This document shows positions 1 to 9,180 of a stretch of 64,000 nucleotides of DNA, in pieces. The notes beneath the pieces are model-generated. The model was given only the letters and a program-made list of their open reading frames with translations. It was not told the DNA's origin and ran no database searches. The DNA lies in the NCBI GenBank assembly GCA_040902285.1, contig JBBDXP010000012.1:8501-72500 (forward strand). The letters are read 5' to 3'. The stretch comes from Candidatus Spechtbacterales bacterium (GTDB lineage Bacteria; Patescibacteriota; Minisyncoccia; Spechtbacterales; 2-12-FULL-38-22). Each line of letters opens with the position of its first letter. Position 1 is the stretch's first letter. The position numbers were made by a program, and so were the translations under genes.

Positions 1-1
1 G

Positions 2-196
2 AGTAGCAAATCTCTTGATATCTTTTTTAAAATTCCCGAAACAACAGCTTCTAAAATAAAAGTGAGCGGTGCAAATCCTCCCGAATATCAAAAAAGATGG
101 AAACAGGTTATTGTAAAAATTGACTCTGCAAACGATGTAAAAAAATTAACTCCATATTTTGAAGCGGCATACAATTATATTATTGGAAAAGACTAA
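2..196 (+). CDS. 3' end of a hypothetical protein (truncated by window edge)
   Basis: Open frame from position 2 to TAA at 194-196 (SSKSLDIFFKIPE...YNYIIGKD*), followed by terminator hairpins. Confidence 0.6.
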   Translation, partial: SSKSLDIFFKIPETTASKIKVSGANPPEYQKRWKQVIVKIDSANDVKKLTPYFEAAYNYIIGKD

Positions 197-226
197 ACAC
201 GGCTTTCTTTTGGGTTCAATCAAACA

Positions 227-253
227 ACAAAACCGCCCTTGGGGCGGTTTTGT
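227..253. terminator. Intrinsic terminator-like hairpin
   Basis: ACAAAACCGCCC-TTG-GGGCGGTTTTGT. Confidence 0.7.
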
Positions 254-285
254 AACTACCAAGGACAGTCCTCGCCAGCTCGGAC

Positions 286-320
286 TAACACAAAACCGCT
301 CTTGGAGCGGTTTTGTGTTA
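286..320. terminator. Second, near-identical terminator-like hairpin
   Basis: TAACACAAAACCGCTC-TTG-GAGCGGTTTTGTGTTA. Confidence 0.65.
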
Positions 321-422
321 AACTAACCACATGGGATATTACTTATTGATATTTTTGGGGGTGGTTTTGCTAGTTGTTTTGATGTCGCCGGGAGGGCGGC
401 GTAAAATTGCTAAAATAAATGC

Positions 423-1016
423 ATGGAATTGAAATGGGAAATAACCCGCGGGGAGAATTTTAAATCTTTGGTGAAATCCGTTTTTCATCCATGGACCTTT
501 TTGGCTGTGGTGGTCTTTGGTATTCTTGGGGTTTTAGGGTGGTCCTTGACCGAGCCGGATGTGTCCGCAGAAGACGGATTCAGGGTTGTTATTAGCTATA
601 TTATGTTTGTCTGGATAGTGCTTGTTGTCGTGTTTTTGTTTAAGTCCGTTTTCTATAACGCAAAAAAGTATGTTTTAACCGATAACTATATACAGGTGCA
701 AAAAGGATTGTGGACCAAGAGATATTCTTGGGATGAGTTTAAAGATTTTTTGATATACGAATCATATGCTACCAAAGGTGTGCCTGGAATGGAGCAACTC
801 GCGGAAAAGGTAAGGCAAAAAGAGCGAAGTGTTTTTGGGCCCAATATTTATTTAAGAAAGAAAAAGAAATTTCCTTTTTTGAGGAAAACATATCTAATCT
901 TATATACCGAGACAGACAGCTACCAACAAGTTGTAGAATTTATAGAACAAAAACTTCCGCAAAAGAAACAACAGCCCTACGATTTTGAAGGATTAGTGAA
1001 TATTCTTTTTAAATAA
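423..1016 (+). CDS. Hypothetical membrane protein (2 TM helices plus possible bacterial PH-like domain)
   Basis: 197 aa ORF with two hydrophobic helices, then a YVLTDNYIQV...YSWDEFKDF pattern. Confidence 0.65.
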   Translation: MELKWEITRGENFKSLVKSVFHPWTFLAVVVFGILGVLGWSLTEPDVSAEDGFRVVISYIMFVWIVLVVVFLFKSVFYNAKKYVLTDNYIQVQKGLWTKRYSWDEFKDFLIYESYATKGVPGMEQLAEKVRQKERSVFGPNIYLRKKKKFPFLRKTYLILYTETDSYQQVVEFIEQKLPQKKQQPYDFEGLVNILFK

Positions 1017-1048
1017 ATACAAAAAACTCGACACATGCCTGCATAAAC

Positions 1049-1073
1049 AAAATCGGCTCATAGAGCCGATTTT
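1049..1073 (+). terminator. Intrinsic terminator
   Basis: AAAATCGGCTC-ATA-GAGCCGATTTT. Confidence 0.7.
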
Positions 1074-1117
1074 TATTTTGGAGCGGACACCCGCTCTTTT
1101 TGGTTTAAGATTTAAAA

Positions 1118-1145
1118 CTTGTCTCTTGTTTCTTGTTGCCTGTCT
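1118..1145. repeat. Four imperfect heptamer tandem repeats
   Basis: CTTGTCT CTTGTTT CTTGTTG CCTGTCT. Confidence 0.55.
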
Positions 1146-1242
1146 CTAAATAGGTACTTGACATTCGGACCCTTTTTGTTAATGTAGTACTGAATTAAGA
1201 AACATAGGTATGTTGAAGGACATACCAAAACACACAAATAAT

Positions 1243-2400
1243 ATGGCCCAAGTAAAACCCGATATAGAAACATTCGCAAAAATAAAAGTTGTGGGGGTCG
1301 GAGGTTCAGGATGCAACGCTATAAGCAGAATGATCGACTCCAAGATAGACGGAGTGGAATTCATTGCTATTAATACGGACGCGCAGGCACTGCACCACTC
1401 AAATGCTCCTGTTAAAATTAATGTTGGAAAAAATCTTACTCGAGGTTTGGGAGCCGGAATGAATCCTGAAATCGGACGCCAGGCAGCCGAAGAAAACAAA
1501 GATGAGATACAAGAGGCGGTAAAAGGCGCCGATATGGTATTTGTTACCTGCGGAATGGGAGGAGGAACCGGAACGGGTGCCGCACCCATTATTGCCGAGG
1601 CCGCGCGCGATTCGGGCGCTCTTACTGTGGCTGTGGTTACAAGGCCTTTCAGTTTTGAAGGCGCGCAAAGAAGCCAGATTGCCGAGGAAGGACTGAATAA
1701 TCTTAAAGACCATGTTGATACCCTTATTGTTATAAACAACGACCGGCTTTTAAATGTTATTGACCGCAAAACATCTTTAGTAAGCGCTTTTTACGCCGTG
1801 GACGATATTTTAAGACAGGGGGTACAGGGTATTTCTGACTTGGTTGTACAGCCCGGAATTGTAAATGTGGACTTCGCTGACATTCGCGCGATTATGCAGG
1901 ATGCCGGAAGCGCGCTTATGGGAATAGGCCATGCTACCGGAGAAGAAAGAGCCATGGAAGCGGCAAGACAAGCTATAAACTCTCAGTTGCTGGATGTGTC
2001 CATTGACGGAGCAAGAGGAGTTCTATTTTCTGTTTCGGGAGGAGACGATTTAGCCATGAGCGAAATAAACGACGCGGCAAAAATAATTACCGATTCCATA
2101 AGCCCCGACGCGAAGGTTATTTTCGGAGCCGTTATAGATGACAAAATAAAAAAGGGCGCGGTTAAAGTAACGGTTATTGCAACAGGATTTGCCGAGATGC
2201 CCGCCAGCGCGACCGAAACACTAAATTTTAATTCTTCATCGGAAGAAAACGACAAAAAAGAAGATATAAAAAAAATTAGAACAACCGTATCTGAAAATCG
2301 AGATACAAACGGAAACGGAAATGGAAACGGACCAAAGAACGATGATGACGAAGAAGAAGATTGGGACGTCCCCGCCTTCATACGCAGGAAAATGAAATAA
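1243..2400 (+). CDS. ftsZ: Cell division protein FtsZ (alternative start 1210)
   Basis: [17 protein letters not shown] tubulin signature, NVDFAD, C-terminal DVPAFIRR. Confidence 0.98.
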   Translation: MAQVKPDIETFAKIKVVGVGGSGCNAISRMIDSKIDGVEFIAINTDAQALHHSNAPVKINVGKNLTRGLGAGMNPEIGRQAAEENKDEIQEAVKGADMVFVTCGMGGGTGTGAAPIIAEAARDSGALTVAVVTRPFSFEGAQRSQIAEEGLNNLKDHVDTLIVINNDRLLNVIDRKTSLVSAFYAVDDILRQGVQGISDLVVQPGIVNVDFADIRAIMQDAGSALMGIGHATGEERAMEAARQAINSQLLDVSIDGARGVLFSVSGGDDLAMSEINDAAKIITDSISPDAKVIFGAVIDDKIKKGAVKVTVIATGFAEMPASATETLNFNSSSEENDKKEDIKKIRTTVSENRDTNGNGNGNGPKNDDDEEEDWDVPAFIRRKMK

Positions 2401-2414
2401 ACCAAATTGATTTT

Positions 2415-2448
2415 TAAAAAGCCCTGTGCAATTGCACAGGGCTTTTTA
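2415..2448. terminator. Bidirectional terminator-like perfect palindrome
   Basis: TAAAAAGCCCTGTGCAATTGCACAGGGCTTTTTA directly after ftsZ. Confidence 0.75.
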
Positions 2449-2484
2449 GTTGCCGTCAAGGCGGTGGTATAATGAAATTAATGG

Positions 2485-2493
2485 TTATCCACA
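2485..2493 (+). promoter_or_regulatory. Consensus DnaA box upstream of the RNR gene
   Basis: TTATCCACA about 65 bp before the start, near a TGaTAAAAT extended -10. Confidence 0.45.
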
Positions 2494-2556
2494 GAGGTTC
2501 TCTTGGACATGTGATAAAATAGAATACCCAAAGTATATAATTTTACAAAAAATACA

Positions 2557-4863
2557 ATGATACTCAAAACTCCATTCAAAAAAGTTCGCAAAAGAGACGG
2601 AAGAATAGTTGATTGGGACCAATCGCGCATTACAAACGCGATAGGCAAGGCCATGAAAAAAACGGGAGAAGGAGACGCCGAAAAGGATCCTCAAAAAATA
2701 TCTGACAAGGTTGTAAATCTGTTATCAAAAAAATATTCGTCCAAAGATATTTTGGGAATAGAACAGATACAGGATGTTGTGGAAGATGCTCTTATCTTTG
2801 GCGAGTATCCCGAGACAGTAAAGGAGTACATAGTATATAGAAGAGAGCGGGCAAAGGTGCGCCAGGCCCGAAAAGATGTTCCCGAACATATAAAGAAGGC
2901 CGCCGCTGAAAGCCAAAAATATTTTAAAAATAAACTTGGGGAGTTTGTATATTACAGAAGCTATTCCCGCTGGATAGACGGCGAAGGCCGTCGTGAAACC
3001 TGGACAGAAAGCGTGCAAAGGTACATGGATTTTATGCGTGAGAATATTGGCAACAGTTTAAACGACCAAGAATACGCCGAATTGCAGGAAACAATTTTAA
3101 AACAGGAAGTAATGCCCTCCATGCGCTTAATGTGGAGCGCGGGCGAAGCCGCCAGAAAAACAAATGTATGCGGGTATAATTGTTCGTTTATAGCGCCAAG
3201 CCGGCTGGAGGATTTTGCCGAAATTATGTACCTATCCATGTGCGGAACAGGAGTGGGCTTTTCGGTTGAAAGCCATAATGTGCAACAGCTCCCGATAATT
3301 AAACCGCAAACGGGAGAAAAACTAAAAACATATGTTATAGAAGACAGCAAAGAGGGCTGGGGAGACGCCCTGACCGCGGGTCTGAAGGCCTGGTATGAAG
3401 GAAAAGATGTGGAGTTTGATTATTCCCGGCTCCGCCCGGCGGGTGCCCGGCTGATGACAATGGGCGGAAAAAGTTCCGGTCCCGAACCTCTGCGTTCACT
3501 TTTGGACTTTACCCGCAAAAGCATTTTAGAAAGACAGGGGAAAAGGCTCCGCAACATAGATGTTCACGATGTAATCTGCAAAATAGGAGAAGTGGTTGTG
3601 GCCGGCGGAGTGCGCCGCAGTGCTCTTATATCTTTATCCGATTTGGACGACGAAGAAATGCGCCACGCTAAAGACGGCAAGTTTTATCTTTTTGAACCCC
3701 AACGGCAAATGGCTAATAACTCTGCCGCATATACCCGCAAGCCCACCGCCCAGGAATTTATGGAAGAGTGGCTGTCCTTGGCAAAAGCCGGAACAGGCGA
3801 GCGCGGGATATTTAACAGGGCCGGCCTAAAGCACCAATTGCCCGAGCGTAGGTGGAATGTTTTTGCCCCACATTGGGCAAACAGCGGCACAAATCCTTGC
3901 GGAGAAATTGTTTTGAGAAGCAAGCAATTTTGTAATTTATCCGAAGTTGTATGCCGTGCCCAAGATACAGAACAATCTCTTTTGCGCAAAGTGCGCTTAG
4001 CAACGATACTGGGCACTTATCAATCCTCGCTTACCGATTTTCCGTATCTTTCAAAGGAGTGGAAAAATAATTGCGAAGAAGAAAGATTGCTGGGGGTTTC
4101 GTTGACCGGGCAGTGGGATTCGCCCGCGTCCCGTGATGTGGATATTCTTAGAAAATTAAAAGAAGAGGCGATAAAAGTTAATGAATATTACGCCAAAAAG
4201 ATGAAAATAAATCCTTCAACGGCAATAACCTGCGTTAAGCCGTCGGGAACCGTTTCTCAACTGGTGGATTCGGCCAGCGGAATGCACCCAAGACACGCGA
4301 AGTACTATATTCGCCGGGTAAGAATTTCGGCCACCGATGCTTTATTCCACATGTTGCGTGACCAAAAATTTCCTTATAAGCCCGAAATCGGACAGGACGA
4401 ACAAAACGCGACCACTTTTGTTTTGGAATTTCCCGTTAAAGCCCCCGATAACGCCGTCACAAAAAATGATTTAACCGCGCTTGACCAGTTAAAACACTGG
4501 AAAGATATTAAGCAGAACTTTACGGAACATAACCCTTCTGTGACAGTTTCGGTGGGGGACGACGAATGGATAAAAACGGCAAACTGGCTGTACGAGAATT
4601 GGGATATATTGGGCGGCCTTTCGTTCCTTCCCCGGGACGATCACCACTATGCTCTTGCGCCGTACGAAGAAATTACGGAGCAAAAATATAACGAACTTGT
4701 TTCTTTAATTCCGGAAATAGATTTTTCCCAAATAGTAGGATATGAAAAAGACGATAACACCCAAGGCGCAAAAGAATTGGCATGTGTCGGCGGAACCTGC
4801 GAGATAGAAGAGATTGCCGAATCCGCCGGCGATAAACACGAGCACGAACATGAAGAATCTTAA
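2557..4863 (+). CDS. nrdJ: Class II (adenosylcobalamin-dependent) ribonucleotide reductase with N-terminal ATP cone
   Basis: VRKRDG ATP cone, YNCSF, GTNPCGE, TCVKPSGT, C-terminal ACVGGTCEI. Confidence 0.9.
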   Translation: MILKTPFKKVRKRDGRIVDWDQSRITNAIGKAMKKTGEGDAEKDPQKISDKVVNLLSKKYSSKDILGIEQIQDVVEDALIFGEYPETVKEYIVYRRERAKVRQARKDVPEHIKKAAAESQKYFKNKLGEFVYYRSYSRWIDGEGRRETWTESVQRYMDFMRENIGNSLNDQEYAELQETILKQEVMPSMRLMWSAGEAARKTNVCGYNCSFIAPSRLEDFAEIMYLSMCGTGVGFSVESHNVQQLPIIKPQTGEKLKTYVIEDSKEGWGDALTAGLKAWYEGKDVEFDYSRLRPAGARLMTMGGKSSGPEPLRSLLDFTRKSILERQGKRLRNIDVHDVICKIGEVVVAGGVRRSALISLSDLDDEEMRHAKDGKFYLFEPQRQMANNSAAYTRKPTAQEFMEEWLSLAKAGTGERGIFNRAGLKHQLPERRWNVFAPHWANSGTNPCGEIVLRSKQFCNLSEVVCRAQDTEQSLLRKVRLATILGTYQSSLTDFPYLSKEWKNNCEEERLLGVSLTGQWDSPASRDVDILRKLKEEAIKVNEYYAKKMKINPSTAITCVKPSGTVSQLVDSASGMHPRHAKYYIRRVRISATDALFHMLRDQKFPYKPEIGQDEQNATTFVLEFPVKAPDNAVTKNDLTALDQLKHWKDIKQNFTEHNPSVTVSVGDDEWIKTANWLYENWDILGGLSFLPRDDHHYALAPYEEITEQKYNELVSLIPEIDFSQIVGYEKDDNTQGAKELACVGGTCEIEEIAESAGDKHEHEHEES

Positions 4864-4878
4864 AATAATTTTTGATGG

Positions 4879-4916
4879 AAAATAAAAGCCCCCGTTGCCT
4901 CGGGGGCTTTTATTTT
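4879..4916. terminator. Intrinsic terminator
   Basis: AAAATAAAAGCCCCCG-TTGCCT-CGGGGGCTTTTATTTT. Confidence 0.8.
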
Positions 4917-4936
4917 GTTAGTATTATTGGGATGAG

Positions 4937-5050
4937 TCCCGTTAGTAATTACCCTAACGGGTCTGCCAAACTAAGTACAGTAAATATAGGTAGTTGATTT
5001 ATCTAAATACATATAAATTAAAACTGCGTAAGCAGTAATTACTAACGGGA
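4937..5050 (+). mobile_element. Family A MITE-like element, copy A1, at the comEC start codon
   Basis: Perfect 16-bp TIR TCCCGTTAGTAATTAC/GTAATTACTAACGGGA, TGAG direct repeat on both sides, 114 bp. Confidence 0.85.
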
Positions 5051-6306
5051 TGAGAAAGGAAAATATTTTGGCAATAATGTGCCTTGCTGTTGTGGCGGGG
5101 GCTTTTATTTTTTATAAAGTTCCCCAAAATTCCGCGCCCAAGGAATTTGAAACGGCTTTTGAAGGAAAGATAGTTGAATATCCCGACAAGCGCCCCGATA
5201 AAACAATTTTAATAGTTGAACCTTTGCCGGAACGCGGAAGTGAGACCGTTCGCGTAAGAATAAGCGTTAAAGATGTTAAGGCCGGGTATGCTTACGGAGA
5301 ATATATAAAAGTGACAGGAACCGCAAGAGAGCCAAAAAGTTTCGAAGATTTTAATTGGGCGGGTTATTTGGCAAAAGAAGGAATAGCTTACGAAATGTAT
5401 GACCCTGAAATAGAAAAAACACGCGATTCCCAAAAAGATCTCTTTTATTTCGCCTTTGTTTTACGCGATAAATTGCAAAAAGGAATTGACACATCTCTGC
5501 TTCCTCCGCAAAATTCGCTGTATTCGGCCATGCTGTTGGGTGATAAGAGCCGGTTATCCGCATCCGACAAGGACGGCTTGGCTGGTGCCGGGCTTAGCCA
5601 CATCGCAGCCATAAGCGGACTGCATATAGCGGTTATATCTTCCATGCTGTTCTTTTTGTTTCTTGCTTTGGGAATGTGGCGCCAGCACGCAAGCATTTTA
5701 GTGCTTGTCGTTATGGCGTTTTACATAATAATGATAGGCGCCCCCGCTTCGGCTGTGCGCGCCGGAATAATGGTGGGTATTTTATTCGTGGCTCAATTTA
5801 TTGGAAGGCCGAATTCTTCGTGGCGCGCGCTTTTGGCGGCAGCAGCCGTGATGGTTTTGCTTAATCCGTATATAGCCAGATACGATGTAGGTTTCCAGTT
5901 GTCTTTTTTGGCTGTTGCCGGAATACTTTTATTTTCCGAGCGGATTGAAATATTTTTTAAAAAACTGCAAAAATATTCGGTTGAAATAACAACCGGGCGT
6001 AAAATAACAAAGGACAGAGCCGTCGCGGGCTATATTGCGGAAGGCAAATTCGGTTTTATTTCGGTTATAGCAATGACTTTATCCGCACAGGCCCTTACTT
6101 TTCCCATAATTTTTTATAATTTTGGAAACTTTTCGCTTGTATCTCCGATAACAAATTTGCTTGTGGTTCCGCTTTTGCCATTTGTTTTAATCGCTGGTTT
6201 TGTTTCGGTAATCGGCGGTATGGCGGGGGGAGTTGTGGCAGCCGTTTTAGCGGCACCCGCCTGGGTGTTTTCAAGTTATATTTGGCTTGTGGTTGATTTG
6301 TTTTAA
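5050..6306 (+). CDS. comEC: ComEC/Rec2 competence membrane protein (OB-like plus competence domain)
   Basis: GLSHIAAISGLH, SAVRAGIM, DVGFQLSF motifs. Confidence 0.92.
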   Translation: MRKENILAIMCLAVVAGAFIFYKVPQNSAPKEFETAFEGKIVEYPDKRPDKTILIVEPLPERGSETVRVRISVKDVKAGYAYGEYIKVTGTAREPKSFEDFNWAGYLAKEGIAYEMYDPEIEKTRDSQKDLFYFAFVLRDKLQKGIDTSLLPPQNSLYSAMLLGDKSRLSASDKDGLAGAGLSHIAAISGLHIAVISSMLFFLFLALGMWRQHASILVLVVMAFYIIMIGAPASAVRAGIMVGILFVAQFIGRPNSSWRALLAAAAVMVLLNPYIARYDVGFQLSFLAVAGILLFSERIEIFFKKLQKYSVEITTGRKITKDRAVAGYIAEGKFGFISVIAMTLSAQALTFPIIFYNFGNFSLVSPITNLLVVPLLPFVLIAGFVSVIGGMAGGVVAAVLAAPAWVFSSYIWLVVDLF

Positions 6307-6309
6307 CTT

Positions 6310-7158
6310 ATGAAAGAAATATTTTCTAAAAAAGAAAAATATATATTATTAACCTTAGGTTTTTTTGCTGTTTTGGTATGTTCGCTTGCCTTTGTATCAG
6401 CGCCGTCGGGCGCGCTCGAAATTCACTTTTTAAACATAGGGCAGGGGGACGCTATTTTTATAAATACTCCAAGCAAAAGACAGGTTTTAATAGACGGAGG
6501 CCGCCCCGATTCTCCTATTTTGGAAAAAATTTCGCAAAATATGCCTTTTTACGACAGAGATATAGATCTTGTTGTGGCAACGCATATGGACGCCGATCAT
6601 ATGGGCGGGCTCATTTCCGTTCTTGAGAATTTTAAAATCGGAGGAATTTTGGTAAGCACCACAAAATCAAATACGGATTTATCCGCAAGGTTTTGGGAAC
6701 TAATCGAGGAAAAGGATGTTCCGATTTATGTTGTAAGAGCCGGAGACATATTTGTTTTAGATAAAGATGTGGAGATGTTGATTGTTTCTCCAACAGAACA
6801 ATTTATAGATACTTCTGGCGACAATGATCTTTCTGTCGTAGTTAAACTTACATATAAAGACGATTCATTTTTATTAACAGGCGATATAGAAAAACACGCT
6901 GAGTATGCTCTTGCCACAGGTAACGTAAATTTAAAAAGCGATGTTTTGAAAGTTGCTCACCACGGGAGCAACACATCAACGGTGCAATACTTTTTAAATA
7001 AAGTAGATCCAGATTTGGCCGTAATACAAGTTGGTGAAAACAGATACGGCCATCCGCACCCCGCGGTTCTGGAAAGAATCTCGGCCGCCGGCGCGAAAAT
7101 TTTGCGCAACGATTTGAACGGCGATATTTCTTTGTATAGCTACGGGGATAGTTTTTGA
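6310..7158 (+). CDS. ComEC-type metallo-beta-lactamase fold protein (stand-alone C-terminal domain)
   Basis: IGQGDA, THMDADHMGG, LLTGD, KVAHHGS, YGHPH. Confidence 0.9.
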   Translation: MKEIFSKKEKYILLTLGFFAVLVCSLAFVSAPSGALEIHFLNIGQGDAIFINTPSKRQVLIDGGRPDSPILEKISQNMPFYDRDIDLVVATHMDADHMGGLISVLENFKIGGILVSTTKSNTDLSARFWELIEEKDVPIYVVRAGDIFVLDKDVEMLIVSPTEQFIDTSGDNDLSVVVKLTYKDDSFLLTGDIEKHAEYALATGNVNLKSDVLKVAHHGSNTSTVQYFLNKVDPDLAVIQVGENRYGHPHPAVLERISAAGAKILRNDLNGDISLYSYGDSF

Positions 7159-7197
7159 ATATTGCGCTTCGCAATTCGAAGTGATATTTTATCTATA

Positions 7198-7809
7198 ATG
7201 GAACAAAAACATTTTAAAGAAGAACAAACATTTGTAATAATAAAGCCGGACGGAGTTCAGCGGTCTTTGATCGGGGAAGTTATAGCCCGATATGAAAGAG
7301 TCGGATTAAAACTGGTCGGCTTAAAGATTTTGCTTGCGCCGAAGGATATTGTAGAGAAGCATTATACGGTTAATCCCGAATGGAAAAAGAATGTGGGAGA
7401 AAAAAGCATAGAAAGCTACAAAAAGAAAGGAATGGAACCGCCTATGCAGGATCCAATTGAGGCCGGTGAAAAGGTTTTGGAAAAATTGGTAAATTTTATG
7501 AGTTCGGCACCGGTGGTCGCCATGGTTTGGCAGGGCGCGCATGCCGTGGAAATTGTGCGTAAGTTGGTGGGTTCAACCGAGCCCTTAAGTAGCGATGTCG
7601 GTACAATTCGCGGAGATTTTGTTTTGGATTCTTATCAGATGGCCGATGCCGATGGACGGGCGGTGCGCAATGTGGTGCATGCTTCCGGAACAAAAGAGGA
7701 GGCGGAAAAAGAAATCGACCTTTGGTTTGGGGAAGATGAGTTGGTAAGATACAATCTCGTACAGGATAAGATACTTTACGACGTAAACCTGGACGGGTTA
7801 ATTGAGTAG
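7198..7809 (+). CDS. ndk: Nucleoside diphosphate kinase
   Basis: TFVIIKPDGVQR, GTIRGDF, NVVHASG. Confidence 0.95.
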   Translation: MEQKHFKEEQTFVIIKPDGVQRSLIGEVIARYERVGLKLVGLKILLAPKDIVEKHYTVNPEWKKNVGEKSIESYKKKGMEPPMQDPIEAGEKVLEKLVNFMSSAPVVAMVWQGAHAVEIVRKLVGSTEPLSSDVGTIRGDFVLDSYQMADADGRAVRNVVHASGTKEEAEKEIDLWFGEDELVRYNLVQDKILYDVNLDGLIE

Positions 7810-7854
7810 CATTTTCGCAGTTTTACACATGACCATTTTCGGCGGGCGCCACGC

Positions 7855-7982
7855 TTATATTCACTTCAGAACACAGCGTCAAAATCCCCAGCGCGGATTT
7901 TGCGCTCTTTCTCGCCCTCGCTCTCTCGCTTCGCTCGAACCGTGCCCGCTCGGGCTCCGAAGGGTTCCGAAGTTGAATATAA
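7855..7982 (+). repeat. Family B palindromic element, copy B1
   Basis: Terminal stem TTATATTCACTTCAGAAC/GTTCCGAAGTTGAATATAA, with an internal CCAGC-loop hairpin and a GAACC..GCCCGCT..CTCCGA core. Confidence 0.65.
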
Positions 7983-8025
7983 CCGTATCGCCTTCGCCAC
8001 TACCTACTACTTACTTTTTTAAACC

Positions 8026-8844
8026 ATGCCTGAAATAATAGAAGCGGAAATAACAAGACAAAAATTAGCGCCGGCCCTGAAAGGCAGGCGCATTTTAAAG
8101 TTTACAACGGACTGCCCCCGCGGCTTTGTCTCGGAAAAGAAAATATGGCAAAGAGGGATTCCGTCTCTTAAAAATTTAGAAATAACCGGCATGTCCAGAA
8201 AAGGAAAGGTTGTCGTGCTAAACATCAAGGGCGGAAAAGTGATAGGAATACACCAGAGGATGAGCGGGCACATTGCTTTTAATAACAGCCATGTTGCAAG
8301 CAAGCACAGCCATTTTATTTTTGAAATGGATAACAAAAAAAGCTTCTCTCTTGTTGATCCCAGAAAATTCGGCATTGTTTGGTACGGGTCGGAAAAATGG
8401 TTTGGACAACAGCCATATATAAAAAAATTGGGCAAGGATGCCATGAAAATAAACGAAAAGGATTTTGTTAAAGTGTTTGAAGGCGCGGGCCGTGCTTCTG
8501 TAAAATCTTTTTTGTTGAGGCAGGATAAAATAGCGGGGCTCGGAAACATAGCATGCGACGAAACGCTCTGGCACGCGCGCTTAAATCCCGCCGCAAAAGT
8601 TTGTGACCTTACAGATACCCAGCTAAGAGGGGCGCACAAAAGCATGAAAAAGATTTTAGTCGATCTTTTGCGTTATGGCGGAACAAGCATGAGCGACTGG
8701 CTGCACCCCGATGGTTCAAAGGGAAATTATCAAAATAAATTTAAGATATATAAACGGCAAAAATGCAGGCGCTGTTCCTCGCAAGTTAAATATATAAAAG
8801 TAGCCGGGCGGGGAACATACTTTTGTCCTAAATGCCAGAAGTGA
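8026..8844 (+). CDS. mutM: Formamidopyrimidine-DNA glycosylase (Fpg/Nei)
   Basis: N-terminal MPE, RKGK, DPRKFG, GLGNI, C-terminal zinc finger CRRC...CPKCQ. Confidence 0.9.
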   Translation: MPEIIEAEITRQKLAPALKGRRILKFTTDCPRGFVSEKKIWQRGIPSLKNLEITGMSRKGKVVVLNIKGGKVIGIHQRMSGHIAFNNSHVASKHSHFIFEMDNKKSFSLVDPRKFGIVWYGSEKWFGQQPYIKKLGKDAMKINEKDFVKVFEGAGRASVKSFLLRQDKIAGLGNIACDETLWHARLNPAAKVCDLTDTQLRGAHKSMKKILVDLLRYGGTSMSDWLHPDGSKGNYQNKFKIYKRQKCRRCSSQVKYIKVAGRGTYFCPKCQK

Positions 8845-8856
8845 TATAATGTGTAT

Positions 8857-9174
8857 ATGGATTTGTTTAAAAAAGGGGAAAAATATTCGTTTTTTAATCC
8901 AAAGAATGCGCTGTTCGGATTAATATGGGCGGATATTACTCTTTTAATTTTTTTCAGCCTGGCTGAACTGGATTACTATCTACACCGCTTTGTTTATATA
9001 CAAACGGATATTACCCGACCCATACCTCCTTATGTGTTTTGGATTTCTTTTGTGACCTTCATATTACCCCTAATTATTACTGGTAAGAATTGGGGCAAAA
9101 AAAATGCTTTATCTTTATTGGTTTATGAGATCTTGTTTATATTTTTAATTGTTTCGTTTTTAGTCATAGTTTAA
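8857..9174 (+). CDS. Small hypothetical membrane protein
   Basis: Three hydrophobic helices; ATG lies 6 nt after TGaTATAAT. Confidence 0.55.
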   Translation: MDLFKKGEKYSFFNPKNALFGLIWADITLLIFFSLAELDYYLHRFVYIQTDITRPIPPYVFWISFVTFILPLIITGKNWGKKNALSLLVYEILFIFLIVSFLVIV

Positions 9175-9180
9175 ATTTTT

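Noticed and set aside
227-320. Twin hairpins as mobile element ends
   Set aside because: They are adequately explained as tandem terminators, and no target duplication is visible.
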